This document shows positions 12,938-26,104 of a stretch of 64,000 nucleotides of DNA, in pieces. Below the pieces are notes generated by a model that saw only the letters and a list, made by a program, of their open reading frames with translations, was not told the origin of the DNA and searched no databases. A program made the translations under genes and the position numbers. Source of the DNA: Octopus sinensis (Eukaryota). Numbering within the stretch: position 1 is the first letter of the stretch; each line of letters starts with the position of its first letter. The stretch lies in the NCBI RefSeq assembly GCF_006345805.1, contig NC_042998.1, positions 50,158,001 through 50,222,000 of the forward strand, written 5' to 3'.

Positions 12938-13624
12938 AACTTGGGTAATACTGATACAAGCAGAATGACAGACAAGTTTATACAAGAAGAAAATTACATA
13001 GAAAGTGAACGGGAAGAGCAAACTGTTAGAAACGTGCTCGGAACCGCTACCATTTCTTTTCCAAACATCTTTAAATGCACTATGCTCTTTTTAAACGAAA
13101 CATCCTACATTAAAACTTTCACATACGAACCGAGTTATGAAATATCACTGAGAGAGTCATAAAATATGACGAGAAATTAAATTGGCAAGTGAAAGCGAAA
13201 AAAGCGACACGATGTATTAATGTTACATGCTGGGAAATTCTTAAAATAGATTAAATCAAAATATTCTGTCGAAACATTAGTCTCTTTGGATATCAAGCAT
13301 ATTATTTTATTCCTTGACTGATATCTCGCTGAACTGCATCTATGTATTACAATGACATATCAAGAATTTTAGTTGATATTACCGATCCTGTACATATATA
13401 TGTTATCGTCTTCGGAAATAAGGAAACCCAGAGACAAAGTAACCTGAGCGGGATTTCTTTGTAAATGGAGATAACCAATGAAAGCAATATATTTTGTCTC
13501 ACGCTCTACCGAATTAAGGTGAAAAGATTGGTGTGATAACAACTTGGAATTTATAAAAGATATTGTGGTTTTCGGTCTAATGCTTCCCTATATTATCAAT
13601 TATTACTTGGGTATATCATATTAA

Positions 13625-13970
13625 GTGAAGGCGTATGGCTCAGTGGTTAGAGCGTCGAGCTCACAATCGTCAGGTAGTGAGTTCGATTCGCAGACCAAAC
13701 TGTGTTGTGTTCTGGAGCAAGACACTTTATTTTATGTTACTTCAGTTCACTCTGCGCTGTAGAAATGAGTAGCGACCGCAGTAGTGCCAAGCTGTATCGG
13801 ACTTTGCCTTTCTCTTGGATAACATCGGTGGGGTGGAGAGAGGAAGCTGGTATGCATGAGCGACTGCTCGTCTTCCATAAAGAACCTTGCCCGTACTTGT
13901 GCCTCGAAGGGGAATTTTCTAGGTGCAATCATATGGTGATTTATAACCGAAGATGGTCTTTACCCTTTCT
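13625..13970 (+). mobile_element. tRNA/CORE-like SINE family C, full length
   Basis: TGGCTCAGTGGTTAGAGC A box, GTTCGATTC B box, GAGCAAGACACTTT...CTGTAGAAATGAGT CORE-like block; co-linear with 30683-31024. Confidence 0.85.
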
Positions 13971-14029
13971 ATCATTTTGATGAGTTTATACACACACACA
14001 CACACAGAGAAAAATATCACATATATTTT

Positions 14030-14373
14030 CTTGATTCAGTCATTGGACTGCAGCTCTGCAGGGGTACCACTCTGAAAGTTTTAGTCGAACAAAGTGATCC
14101 AGTACCTAGTTTATTTTTTAAATAGGCGCAAACAAAAGAACACCGATTGTGACACGGTGAGGGAACAAACACAAACAGACACACACGCACATGTACATAT
14201 GTATATGACGGGCTTCAATATAGTTTCCATCTGCCACAATGCACAATTCGTCCACAATGCATTTATCGCCCCGGAATTAGAGTGGAAGACACCTGCACAA
14301 GGTGCTGCGCAGTGGGATTGAACTCGAAAGTACGTGGTTGAAAAGCAAATTTCTTAACCACACAACCATGCCT
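14030..14373 (-). mobile_element. SINE family A, diverged, full length
   Basis: TTCAGTCATTGGACTGCAG tail through CTTAACCACACAACCATGCC head on the reverse strand. Confidence 0.7.
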
Positions 14374-14449
14374 ATATATATATCTTCTATTATTCTTTTC
14401 CTTGTTTCAGTCATTTGACTGAATTCGAAACCATTATCTGTTAGAGGTA

Positions 14450-14526
<77 letters not shown>

Positions 14527-14538
14527 ATGTATGTATGT

Positions 14539-14742
14539 CATTATTCAGTTTATTTCAAGCTTTCTTGCCAATAGAGAAAGAATCGGTTTCTAACCTAGAT
14601 CCAAGGTTCCTTCTTTGGAATTCCAACATCAACAACAGGGTATTTTTGTTTTATGTTGAAATTCCATTGAAGGAAGCTTGGATCTAGGTTAGAAACCGGT
14701 TCTTCTCTATTGGCAAGAAATCTTGAAATAAACTGAATAATG
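14539..14742. repeat. Fold-back element with ~90-bp inverted arms and a 23-nt loop
   Basis: 14539-14629 vs 14653-14742, about 7 differences by eye; flanking (TATG)n and (CATA)n extend the pairing. Confidence 0.92.
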
Positions 14743-15559
14743 CCATACATACATACATACAAATATATATATATATATACACGCACACATAAACACACAA
14801 GCTGTCTCATACTGATGGGACGCATTATAAACTTATGCAGTTAAAAGTGTAACAAGCATAATTAATTAAGAAAGTGTACAATACATAACAATGGTTTGTG
14901 CGTGCGTGTGAGTGTGTGTGTTTGTGTATGTGTGCGAGCGTGCGTGTGTGTGTGACATGTATTCTAACTCCAAGATTCAAATTTCTGCCTATGCAATTCT
15001 ATTGGGTATCCTTTTAATAATGTTCCTATATGAAATTATGTCCAAACCATTACTATTCAAGACACGTAAATATATATACAACTATAGCCTTCTTAAAATT
15101 ATTAATTTCTATCTTCCTTCTGTCCTTCTATCTTGTAATACTTGTGGGAGAAAATATTAAGAAAGTTTAGCGAGTAATTTATTGCTTTACGAAAGGTGTC
15201 CCCCCCTAATAAACTCTCAACTTCAGTCAGGAATGCACTTTTAGGCAGTTACAATTAAATTTGCGCTGTATGAATGTAAACATACGAACGCATACACAGA
15301 ATTGCATACATAAGAATAGACATGTGTGTATTTGTGTGTGTGTGTGCGTGGCCATACAGAAGTGAATATATAAATGCATACACGCATACATGTATTTGCA
15401 TTTGTGTGTAAGTGTGTACCCATGCAGAAGTTTGTGTGCGCATATGTGTACTGTACAGAAGTGTGTGTGTGTGTGTGTGAGAGACTGTGCATGTATGTAT
15501 GTGTATACATATATCTTCCTCTGTACATACAAACACGCACAAACACATATGTACATATA

Positions 15560-15968
15560 TAAGCATATATGCAGATACATGTATATAATTATGTAGATAT
15601 GTGTGTATATGTGTGCGTATATATATATATACATACATATATATATAAATATATACATATGTATATTTATATATACATATACATATATACATATATATAT
15701 ATAAATGTATACATATGTATATATACATATACATATATATATTTATATATACATATACATATATATATTTATATATACATACATACATACACACACACAC
15801 ATATATATATATATAAATATATATATATATACGCATACATTTATATATGATTCGCTATATATATGTATGTATATATATATATATATAACGCATACATTTA
15901 TATATGATTCGCTATATATATGTATGCATGTATATATATTTATATATATAGAGAGTGAATCATATATA

Positions 15969-15999
<31 letters not shown>

Positions 16000-16040
16000 C
16001 ATTCAGACAAAAAGACATATAAACAAATCTATATATATAT
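15560..16040. repeat. (TA)-rich microsatellite field with a 57-bp local duplication
   Basis: ACGCATACATTTATATATGATTCGCTATATATATGTATG at 15831 and 15888. Confidence 0.85.
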
Positions 16041-16571
16041 AACTGTATACGCACACATAGAAATGTGTGCACGCATGTGTGTGTGTTCCTACACGCACGT
16101 ACACAAGGCTGTATAAATCGAAACGCCTCTTAAGATTCTTGTATCAAACCCTTGTTGCTTTGGAGTGTTACGTAGGAGGCCATATATATTTACGTGTCTA
16201 AAATAATCATGTCACAATATATTAACTAAATTATTCATAGCCAATGAGATTTTGTTTTCCAAATACAATTTGTGAAAATCTTCTGTTGAAGCATTTTACA
16301 AATTATATTGTAATTTTACAATTTGTTTACCTCCCAATCTATATTTCTTTTTGTGCCTTCTGTTATGGTCTGTATGTGTGTCATTTCAGCGTTGAAATAT
16401 TTATATTGACAATTTCTTCAATCAAGCATATAAGTGAACTGCCACACATGAAAACCGAAAGGAAAATCAACCATCATTATTATATATATTAAAGTAAAAG
16501 CTGATGTGACAGAAAATCAGAGAGATTATATTCCTGATCTGATTTAAAATCTTGTTTGAGTTGAGTTTAAG

Positions 16572-16906
16572 CCAGTAACGAGGGTCTATATGGCTCCTGA
16601 GGGTCCATATAAGATTTTTGGGTGTCCATGCGACAAAATTGTAAATCGAGGATCAATAATAGTATTTTAAGAGTCCCTGATGAAATTTTGCTTTAGATGT
16701 GTGTATTGGTATATATTGCCAGAAACAGCTCTAACTTTTAATATAGTTCAACCTACACAAGTTAATGTGTGAGAAAAATAAAGAAGGATTTTAAATGAAG
16801 TTTAATAAAACTAGTTTTTAAACATCAAATGGCTATGGGGGTCCACCAGAATAAAATAGTAATCAAAGGGGTCAATAAATAAAAAAAAAATGGTTGAGAA
16901 GCCCTG
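16572..16906. mobile_element. Possible hAT-type MITE remnant (only the right TIR recognisable)
   Basis: Ends GGGGTC...AAAAATGGTTGAGAAGCCCTG; repeated internal GGGTCC motifs; no matching left TIR or TSD found. Confidence 0.35.
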
Positions 16907-17251
16907 AAGCAGCTTCTTCATATGACGTCTATAAATTAGATCCAAGGCAAATACCAGGAAACATAAATCGACATAGTTGTTCCAATCAAGTCCTGTGAGT
17001 TCTATTATAACGTGCTTCTGTTAAGGTGTTGTTGTTTAGCCCCAGATAAATTCAAATCGAGTAGACGTCTTCTTGAAGACTTCAAGTGGTAACTATCTTG
17101 TGTTCCCTCCCGTGTGAAGCCATCCTAGGACCATACTATCCAACATAAATTTATTTGTTAAGCTGTGTGGTCTGATTTAAGGAAGACTTGGCTTCTGTTT
17201 TTGGTAGGTTCAGTAAACCACCTTATGGTCCTATCAATGGGTCATTATAAA

Positions 17252-17430
17252 CTGCAACGGAGCTGGTGGTGGTGTGTGTGAATGAGGGTGGCGATTGGGG
17301 GCGGTCCGCCCCGGGTGACAATTTTATGGAACAGCACTTCTGGGCCAGATGTATAAGATTGTACAGACTCGGTGGCCCGTTGGTGGAAGCAGCAAGCTCA
17401 AGGGTGGCACACACTTTAGCGATGTTACTG
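17252..17430. mobile_element. Short hAT-type MITE (179 bp)
   Basis: 8-bp TSD ATTATAAA/ATTAGAAA; weak TIR CTGCAACGGAGCT vs CAGTAACATCGCT (8/13); GC-rich GGGGGCGGTCCGCCCCGGGTGAC core. Confidence 0.55.
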
Positions 17431-17472
17431 ATTAGAAAGGGTACAAGAATAACTAGAGCAGTAAAGGGATTG

Positions 17473-17645
17473 AACAAGCATGGCTGTGTGGTAAGAAACT
17501 GGCTTCACATCCACATGGCTCCGGGTTCAGTCTCACTGCGTGGCACATTGGGCAAGTGTCAATTCTATTATAGCCTTGGACCAACCAAAGCCTTGAGAGT
17601 GGATTTGGTAGACGGAAAGTGAAAGAAGCCCATCGTATATACATA

Positions 17646-17681
<36 letters not shown>

Positions 17682-17900
17682 ATTGTGTCTGTCTTTGTCC
17701 TCCTACCACCACTTGACCACCAATGTTCGATGTTCATGTGTTTACTCGCCGTAACTTAGCGGTTCGGCAAAAAAGACCGCTAGATTAAGCATCAGGTTTT
17801 AAAAATAAATCATGGGTTCGATTTGCACGACTAAAACCCTTCAAGGCGCTGCCCCAGCATGGCCGCAGTCAAATAACTGAAACAAGTGAAAGATGAAAGA
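17473..17900 (+). mobile_element. SINE family A, full length
   Basis: Head, CACATTGGGCAAGTG block, (TG)n and CCCCAGCATGGCCGCAGTCAAATAACTGAAAC tail. Confidence 0.85.
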
Positions 17901-18051
17901 TCAAACTCCATAGATGCTGCATTTAGTTATGAAACTTTGCTTTCTGTTTTCAAATCCGACTGGGACTTTGTATTTCATTCGTCCTCACCCCATGAAATAA
18001 TGCACCATTAATACAATTCAATAATTCAATAAATTGCATATATTAAGAGAG

Positions 18052-18121
<70 letters not shown>

Positions 18122-18755
18122 AAGTGTGTGTGTGTGTTTACTGGGTGCTAAAATAACTAACGTAGTGAACCAGAAATTGGCTTTAAATAATAATTTTTTT
18201 AATTATGCACAAGGACCTGCAGTATTTATTAATGGTTCTTAGCTTTCAAAGTTCAAAATAATCCGGGTCCTATTTCTCCACCTATCCATTTTCAGATAGA
18301 AAATATATAAGGATCAAATTGACCGACTGCTAACATTCTTTATAAAAACATGACTGCTTGTGGGAAACAAAAATCAATATGGAAATTATGATATCGATAT
18401 ACGGTAGATTGCTAGCTCGTAGAGGCCACAGGCTGAGTGTACTGTGCAGGCCAACCATTGTTTTATGAGCTTGCGTGCCATGTTAACATTAACCTAACTC
18501 ATGCGATTGACGTAAACCAACTATAAACCCTTCCAGAGTAAACTCCTACAAGAGTGCTATAAATATCTCCTCGTGACTCATCCAGTGATACAAAAAGCTA
18601 AGAAAGGCCATACTAACCATAAACAAATAAACTTCAAGCTAGAAAGGATGTATATACATGGTTACACGACCTGTTAGAAGTAGCAACCAAACCATTCTCT
18701 CAAATTACACTATCTTTTAAAAAACGGTAGAAGGATACATTTTATGATATATTCT

Positions 18756-18908
18756 TTTCTATTCTAAGCACAAGGCCCGAAATTTTGGGGGAGGGGGCCA
18801 GTTAATTAGATAGATTCCAGTACACAACTGGTACTTAATTTATCGACTCCGAAAGGATGAAAGGCAAAGTCGACCTCGGCGGAATTTGAACTCAGAACGT
18901 AAAGACAG
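18756..18908 (-). mobile_element. 5'-truncated SINE family B (B1 tail) with a perfect 17-bp TSD
   Basis: ATTTTATGATATATTCT at 18739-18755 and 18909-18925. Confidence 0.9.
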
Positions 18909-18972
18909 ATTTTATGATATATTCTGAGATTTGATGTCTGAAGTGGCGGTTTTGTATAATTAGTATGCTTTA

Positions 18973-19248
18973 GTGAAAGCGCATGGCTCAGTGGTTAGAG
19001 CCTCGTGATCACAATTATGAGGTTCTGAATTCGATTCTGGGACTGAGCCGTGTTGTGTTCTTGAGCAAGACACTTTACTTCACGTAGCTTCAGTTCACTC
19101 ATCTGTAGAAATGAGTTGCGACGTCACTAGTGCCAAACTGTATCGGCCTTTGTCTTTCCTTTGAATAACATCAATGGTGTGGAGAGAAGGAAGCTGACAT
19201 GCATAGGTGCCTGCTGGCCGGACTTGTGTCTCGGAGAGAACCTTGGAG
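18973..19248 (+). mobile_element. SINE family C
   Basis: GCATGGCTCAGTGGTTAGAGC head, TTGAGCAAGACACTTTAC block; internal deletion in the 3' part. Confidence 0.8.
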
Positions 19249-19249
19249 G

Positions 19250-19435
19250 GAAATGCTTAGCGGTATTTCGACCGTCATTACGTTCTGAGTTGAAATTCCA
19301 CCGAGGACAACTTTGCCTTTCATCCTTTAGGGATCAATAAAATGAGCACCAGTTAAATGTTGGGGGTCGATGTCGACTTATCCCATTTCCTGAAATTGCT
19401 TGTCTTCTGCTAATGCTTGAAATCGTTTTTATTAT
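19250..19435 (+). mobile_element. SINE family B, 5'-truncated
   Basis: GAAATGCTTAGCGGTATTTCG...TTTGCCTTTCATCCTTTAGGG. Confidence 0.75.
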
Positions 19436-19818
19436 TTCATTACTACTTCACGTACTAAAGGAAATAAATAGAGTCCATTGCCTTGCCTGAATTTCGATGA
19501 CTAGATGTATCCCGTCAACAAAAGATCATCCCAACTGGGTTTTCTTTTCTTTTCTTTTGTTTTGGGGCCAGAGGACAGTTGGTTATATAACACCAATACT
19601 CAACTTGTGTACAACTGCTTTGAAAAGAAGGAAATCGAGAATAGCAGGGCGTGAACTAAAGCGGCGTAACTCAATACAGCTGGATATTTTTTCGTCTTCC
19701 TCACGATTTTTTTTAATGAAGTGGCACTTTAATAAATGTATCGTTATAGTGCGCTCTTTAAGAATTATTCACGTATTTTAAACACACACACACACACAAT
19801 ATATATGATATATATATA

Positions 19819-19894
<76 letters not shown>

Positions 19895-21007
19895 TTATAC
19901 ATATATAAATCATACCTATGTGAATACTTAAATGACAATATGTAAGTGAAACAGCAAAATATATGCAAAACTTTTGTCAAGTTTAAAATGTGAATTTGCT
20001 GTTGTTATCTGCACTCCAACTATGGAACTTTGTGCCATTGTTAGAAACTAGATCCTTCTTTACAGGGAGCTTTCAAATAATTAAAAGCAGAATAGATCAT
20101 ATATGCATAAATACTTACATACATACATATATACATACATACATACATACATGCATACATACATACATACATACATACATACATACATACATACGTATAC
20201 TAACAATGCACTGGTATGTAACGACTTCAAATAAACCATTAAATATCTTAGACATATACATACAAGAAGAGTGGGGAAAACTGAAAAGAAAGACTATGTG
20301 TTCTAATCGACCATTTTCAATAAACAAACGAGAGACTAAAAGAAAAAAAAATCATTCATCTTGTATGAACCCACTTTCTCTCCGGAAAGTATTTAACCCA
20401 AATGCACTTAAAATATGTTTCTTATCAGTTACAAACTACCTCAACACTTAATTGTCCATTAAAAGCAAATGAAAAACTACTTCAAGATACCAGTATTTAT
20501 CGAAATATAGAAACCGGAAATGCAGTTGCAATTGCCACTCTCTTTTGCCAAGCCAATAGTAACTGCCTGTGAAATTCATTCACAATGTAGCCACAGTCAC
20601 ATCTAAGATCGATGAAAACAGCATTAGTTATATAAGAATGAAAGTCAGCCATTTTTTGGGAAAGACGTCTATCAAGAAATTCACACATTATGCATTTTGA
20701 AAAGGAGACTGGACACTAAACAAACAATATATATATTTTGAATGACATTTTACGACATGTCATTAAATAGAGATTCGTAAGTAAAGCAGCAATATGCATT
20801 TAATCAAATACTTTTTAGTTTTCTTTCGAACCAGGTAAAACCTGTCAATTCCGAAGGAAAAAGTATCAATCTTGCAGCACAAAGCCAAAACATTGGAAAA
20901 ACATGCAGAATTAATTTTTTCTGGTCTTTATATGCGTATGTTCCCATTGAAATACCATAGCGTATTCGAACAGCATTAGAACAATGAACCAATAGAACAT
21001 AACATTT

Positions 21008-21500
21008 GAAGGCGGCGAGCTGGCAGAAACGTTAGCACACCGGGCGAAATGCTTAGCGGTATTTCGTCTGCCGTTACGTTGTGAGTTCAAATTCCGCCGA
21101 GGTCGACTTTGCCTTTCATCCTTTCGGGGTCGATTAAATAAGTACCAGCTACATACTGGGGTCGATGTAATCGACTTAATACCTATGTCTGTCCTTGTTT
21201 GTCCCCTCTATGTTTAGCCCCTAGTGGGTAATAAAGAAATAGGTATTTCGTCTGTCGTTACGTTCTCGGTTCAGATTCTGCCGAGGTCGACTTTGCTTTT
21301 CATCCTTTCGGAGTCGATAAATTAAGTACCAGTTACGCACTGGGGTCGTTGTAATCGACTTAATCCGTTTGTCTCTCCTTGTTTGTCCTCTCTGTGTTTA
21401 GCCCCTTATGGGTAGTAAAGAAATAGGTATTTCGTATACCGTTACATTCTGGGTTCAAATTCCCTTCTGTGTGTAGCCCCTTGTGGGCAGTAAAGAAATA
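21008..21500 (+). mobile_element. SINE family B2 multimer (head, two 184-bp units, deleted third unit) with a 14-bp TSD
   Basis: GGTATTTCG starts at 21058, 21242 and 21426; AGAACATAACATTT at 20994-21007 and 21501-21514. Confidence 0.92.
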
Positions 21501-22296
21501 AGAACATAACATTTTCTTCTCTCTTTTTGTTCTCCATTCTCACTTCAAATTACATTTCGCGCCCGAATTAGTGGGGACACTGGAGTGATCTCCCCTAAAC
21601 CTCACTGCACATTCACCTCCCCCTCCCCATACGCACACACACACAAAAAGAGAATGTGTTTTTTTCTCTCTCTTTTTCTTTCAGTTTGTCTTCCTTTCTT
21701 CGCTGTCCTTAAATAATATTTCGCTTCTGAACCATTGATAACATTAAAATGACTTCCGTTATAAGGAAATATCGCGCACCTTTCTGAAAAACCAGAAATA
21801 AAGTAATTCAGTGAATCATACCATTTATTTTCCCTGCGATTGTTCGTTTACAAAAAAACTGACAACGGAAAAAATCTTTTTTCCATCCTTTTTAACAAAT
21901 TCACGCATGAACTGATATCACGCCATTTCCACAAACGCATTAATAGATATATGCAAATATGTCAACAAGCACAGAAGTAGCTGCACACGTACGTTTCCAT
22001 TGGCATACGCACGCACACTCGCGAATGTATAAACGAATATACTTCAGTGAGTACAAGGAGGAACACACGCAAGCATGTTAAACAGTTTAAATGAGCGCAG
22101 AGACACCCACAATAAATTGCATACCAACTGCCAATGAAAATAAATAATCTACAATTCAAACGTATTACAGTAACGCAACGAGTTGTCTTCGTTCTTTTCT
22201 TAAGAATCAACAGTTCTTGTTGAATCTGTGGATCTTACCTAAAGTATCTGAAGAACTTTATCATGACGAAACCTGTCGCTCCGATCTGAAACACGA

Positions 22297-22334
<38 letters not shown>

Positions 22335-22379
22335 AACACTCTGGACACATTAACAAACAGACACACTCACTCAGTTAGT

Positions 22380-22494
22380 ATGTTTGTACATATGCAAACT
22401 AGTGGGTATGTCTTGTAATTTGTGTTTGGCATACACATATATATGGATGGACACACGATATATAACTTTATTGGTAGATGGTCACGCATATGTG

Positions 22495-22525
<31 letters not shown>

Positions 22526-22860
22526 TATATATATATGTATATATAAATATACATACATACAATTCGTACATATAACTATATATATATATATAGATATACA
22601 ACACACACATATACCTATGCTCTATACATATATGCGTTTGTGTATGTTATGTATACATAGATACAGGCATATGTATATATGCCTGTGTGTATATATATAT
22701 ATATAATAGACCACACACACACATACATACGTAATATATATATATATATATCTATAATATATATATATATATATATAGACATATATATATATATATATAG
22801 ACACACACACACACACACACACATATATAATATATATATATATTATACATAACGTATGCC
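22380..22860. repeat. (TA)/(CA) microsatellite field
   Basis: Direct reading. Confidence 0.85.
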
Positions 22861-23424
22861 ACACATCACAGGTTATCTATGAATCATCACTCTATCTGCA
22901 ATAGAAGTGATTGGAAAGGAAGTAAAATAAATTAAATACAAAAAGCAGGGAGAAAAAAAATTCTAACAAAGATAAACAACAAAGAAAGAAACGTAGAAAC
23001 AAAGAAAGAAAAAAACAGATGTATGATAAAAAAAAAGGAAGAAGACAGAGATAACGATTGAATTCAAATCAGTCAAACTGGTGGTGTGGCTTGACTTGAG
23101 ATGGAGTGATAGATAACTAAACAAATAATCAATATATACGCGAATACATACATAAATATATGCATAAATACATACATATATACATACACTTGTACACACT
23201 TCAATACATACAGACACACACACAACAGAATTATTCGTATATACTTATGAATGTATATACGTATATGTATATATAGGTATGTACGTGCTTACATACATTC
23301 ATATATACTTTTAAACATACATATATTCATACGTTCGTACATAACTGAATAAAACGGAATGGAGGCGAGTTCTTAAGAGAAAATGATAAATCAAGTAGAT
23401 GGATGATTGGATGATGGTGTGATC

Positions 23425-23516
<92 letters not shown>
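23425..23516. repeat. (GATA)n tetranucleotide array
   Basis: More than 20 consecutive GATA units. Confidence 0.95.
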
Positions 23517-23716
23517 GGAACGGGGAGTGAAAGAGATAAACAGATCAACAATGATAAAGGGACAGAGAATTAAGGAGTGAGAGATAGGTGGAATTAGATC
23601 AAGAGATTGTAAGAGAGCGACAGAGTGGAAAGAGGAAGGCTAGCAAAGGACAAACAAGACAGGGATACAAATAGGGTGGGATATATAGTGAGATGGAGAA
23701 TAAAGAAAGTGTAAGC

Positions 23717-23760
<44 letters not shown>

Positions 23761-24396
23761 CTCAGAGAATTAAAGAGTAAAAGAAAGGTAGCATTGGATA
23801 AAGTGAAACATTAAGTGACAGTGAAAGAGGAATTGTAGAGGACAAACGAAAGGTGTTGGATATATCGTGAGACCAGGAAATAAAAAGTGCAACAGAGAAT
23901 GACATAAAAGAGAGACAGAGTGAGTGAGAGAGAGAAAGAGAGAGAGGAGGAGAGAGAGAGTAAGATACAGAAAGAGAGGTAATGTAAAAGAGGGAAAGAA
24001 TTAAGGGATGAGAAAATATAATAAAGTGAGACGCACAACGACAGAAGGAAAGAGGAAAATTTAGTGAAGGACAAACGAGACCGATACAAAATGTGAAGGA
24101 TGGATATATGGTGAGTCGGAGAAATAAAGAGAGTGTATGAGAACGATATAAAGAAACTGAGGGAGAACTTTGGAGAGATAGATAGAGAGAAAGATAGAAA
24201 GAGAAAGACAGAGAGAGAAAGAAAGAAGGGATTTGTGTGTGTAAGGAATACAGAGTGAGATGGAGTAGTAATAAAGAGGGAAAATGAGAACGATATGAGG
24301 TTGTGAGACAGGGAGAAAGTGAGAGAAAGATGCAGTGAAAGGTGATTGTGAGAGAAGCAGAAATAAGGAGATTAGAAGCGAGAGAAAGTAATCATA

Positions 24397-24770
24397 GGCG
24401 TAGGAGTGGCTGTGTAATAAGTTCCGGCTTCAGTCGCATTGCGTGGCACCTTGGGCAAGTGTCTTCTACTATAGCTTCGAGCCGACCGAAGCCTCGTGAG
24501 TGGATTTGGTAGACGGAAACTGAAAAGAAACCCGTCTTATATATATTATATTATATATATATATATATATAATATTATATATATATAGGTCTGTGTGTGT
24601 TGTGCGCGCGCACGCGTGTGTATGTTTGTGTTGTGTTTGTTCCCTCCCACTCCCACCAGATGAAAGGCAAAGTCGACCTCGGCAGAATTTGAACTCAGAA
24701 TGTAACGGCAGACGAAATACCGCTAAGCATTTCGCCCGGTGTGCTAACGTTTCTGCCAGCTCACCGCCTT
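24397..24770. mobile_element. SINE-A 5' part (+) fused to a SINE-B 5' part (-)
   Basis: GGCGTAGGAGTGGCTGTG...GGAAACTGAAAAG, then ATGAAAGGCAAAGTCGACCTCGG...CCAGCTCACCGCCTT from 24660. Confidence 0.8.
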
Positions 24771-24852
24771 AGTCATAAGAATATATTGTGCAATAGAAGT
24801 GTTTCTGTAATTGTTGCTTGACATCAATCTCATTCTATGACTAACGACTATA

Positions 24853-25200
24853 TTTTACTTGTTTCAGTCATTGGATTACGGCTAAGCTGGAGCACCACCT
24901 TGAAGGAGGTTGTGGTCAAACAAATCGACCCTATTACGTATATGTTTTCTTCTGTTATTTCTTTATTAATCTTTTTTCTTCTTTTTTTTCATTTGAAAGA
25001 CTGGTACATATTGTGATGAAATATATTGCTGAACTGCTAAGTTAGAGGGACGTAAACAAACCAACATCAGGCGATAGTAGAACAACAAACATAGTAGAAC
25101 AACAAACATAGTAGAACAACAAACAAAGACACATACACTTATACACAAAACGCTTCTATATAGTTTCCGTCTTCCAAATTTTCCTCGAGTCATCGGTCTG
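24853..25200 (-). mobile_element. SINE family A, diverged, with an internal 17-bp x3 tandem
   Basis: ACTTGTTTCAGTCATTGG tail; ATAGTAGAACAACAAAC three times at 25074-25124. Confidence 0.7.
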
Positions 25201-25295
25201 CTCAAACTACAGTTATTTTGGATCTCTGCTTCATTAAGCGACGGATGAGAGTTCCACAGTTTCTAGCTGAGCAACCAAAGATGTTATTTGTTCAG

Positions 25296-25854
25296 CCCTT
25301 TAGCATATAAATCGGCTATATCCAGCCCAAAGTTTCTACGCGTTTTATGTTCGAACTGACCAGAACCACACCTCTCACACCTACCCTATAACATTATTCA
25401 AAATTTAAATAATCAAATCATTGAAGTCTTGAAGGTACAGGATAAAGCATAATTAATTGAAAACAATGTGAATAAATAACCATTACATTAGGCTCATGGC
25501 TCAGAAGTTAGAGCGTCAAGCTTACAATCACGGGGCATTGAGATCGATTCCCGGACCAAGCTGTGTGTTGTGTTCTTGAGCAAGACACTTTGTTTCACGT
25601 TGTTCCAGTCCAATCTGCTGTAGCAGAGTTGCGATGTCACAGGTGCTGTATCGGCCTTTATCTCTCCTTTGGATAAAACCGGTGGCGTGGAGAGGGGACG
25701 TTGGTATGCATGGGCGACTGTTAGTCTTCCATAAACGACCTTGCCCGGACTTGTGCCTCGGAGGGGAACACCCTTAAATATATATATACATGTAAGTATG
25801 CATACTTATATTGGTCATTTATGACCAAAGGGGAGCAATCTGGATGCTAAAGGT
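25296..25854. mobile_element. piggyBac-like MITE interrupted by a SINE-C
   Basis: TIR CCCTTTAGCAT (25296-25306) vs ATGCTAAAGGT (25844-25854), 10/11; flanks TCAG/TTAG resemble a decayed TTAA. Confidence 0.55.
25490..25832 (+). mobile_element. SINE family C nested in the MITE
   Basis: GGCTCATGGCTCAG...TTGAGCAAGACACTTTG...GGTCATTTATGACCAAAGGGG. Confidence 0.8.
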
Positions 25855-25874
25855 TTAGAGTGATCAACTGTTTA

Positions 25875-26065
25875 TGTTCACATTAGCTCACTGCCTATAT
25901 CTAATTGACATTGTCAGTACAGGTGCACAAGAATGCCATGCCCCAGGTAGCGAAATGATCGCAGAGCAATATGAAAGAAAGTGTTTTGCTTAAGAACACA
26001 ACGCACGCTGGCTTTCGAAACCACGAACTCATGATTATGAATGGAACACACTAACCACTAGGCAA
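25875..26065 (-). mobile_element. SINE family E
   Basis: Similar to 2655-2851 (GTGTTTTGCT..GAA.ACAACGC...CGAAACCACGA). Confidence 0.6.
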
Positions 26066-26104
26066 TCTACCTACACCACACACACACACACACACACACA
26101 ACAC

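Noticed and set aside
21058-21500. 184-bp tandem units as a retrozyme
   Set aside because: I found no CTGANGA/GAAA hammerhead core on either strand of the unit
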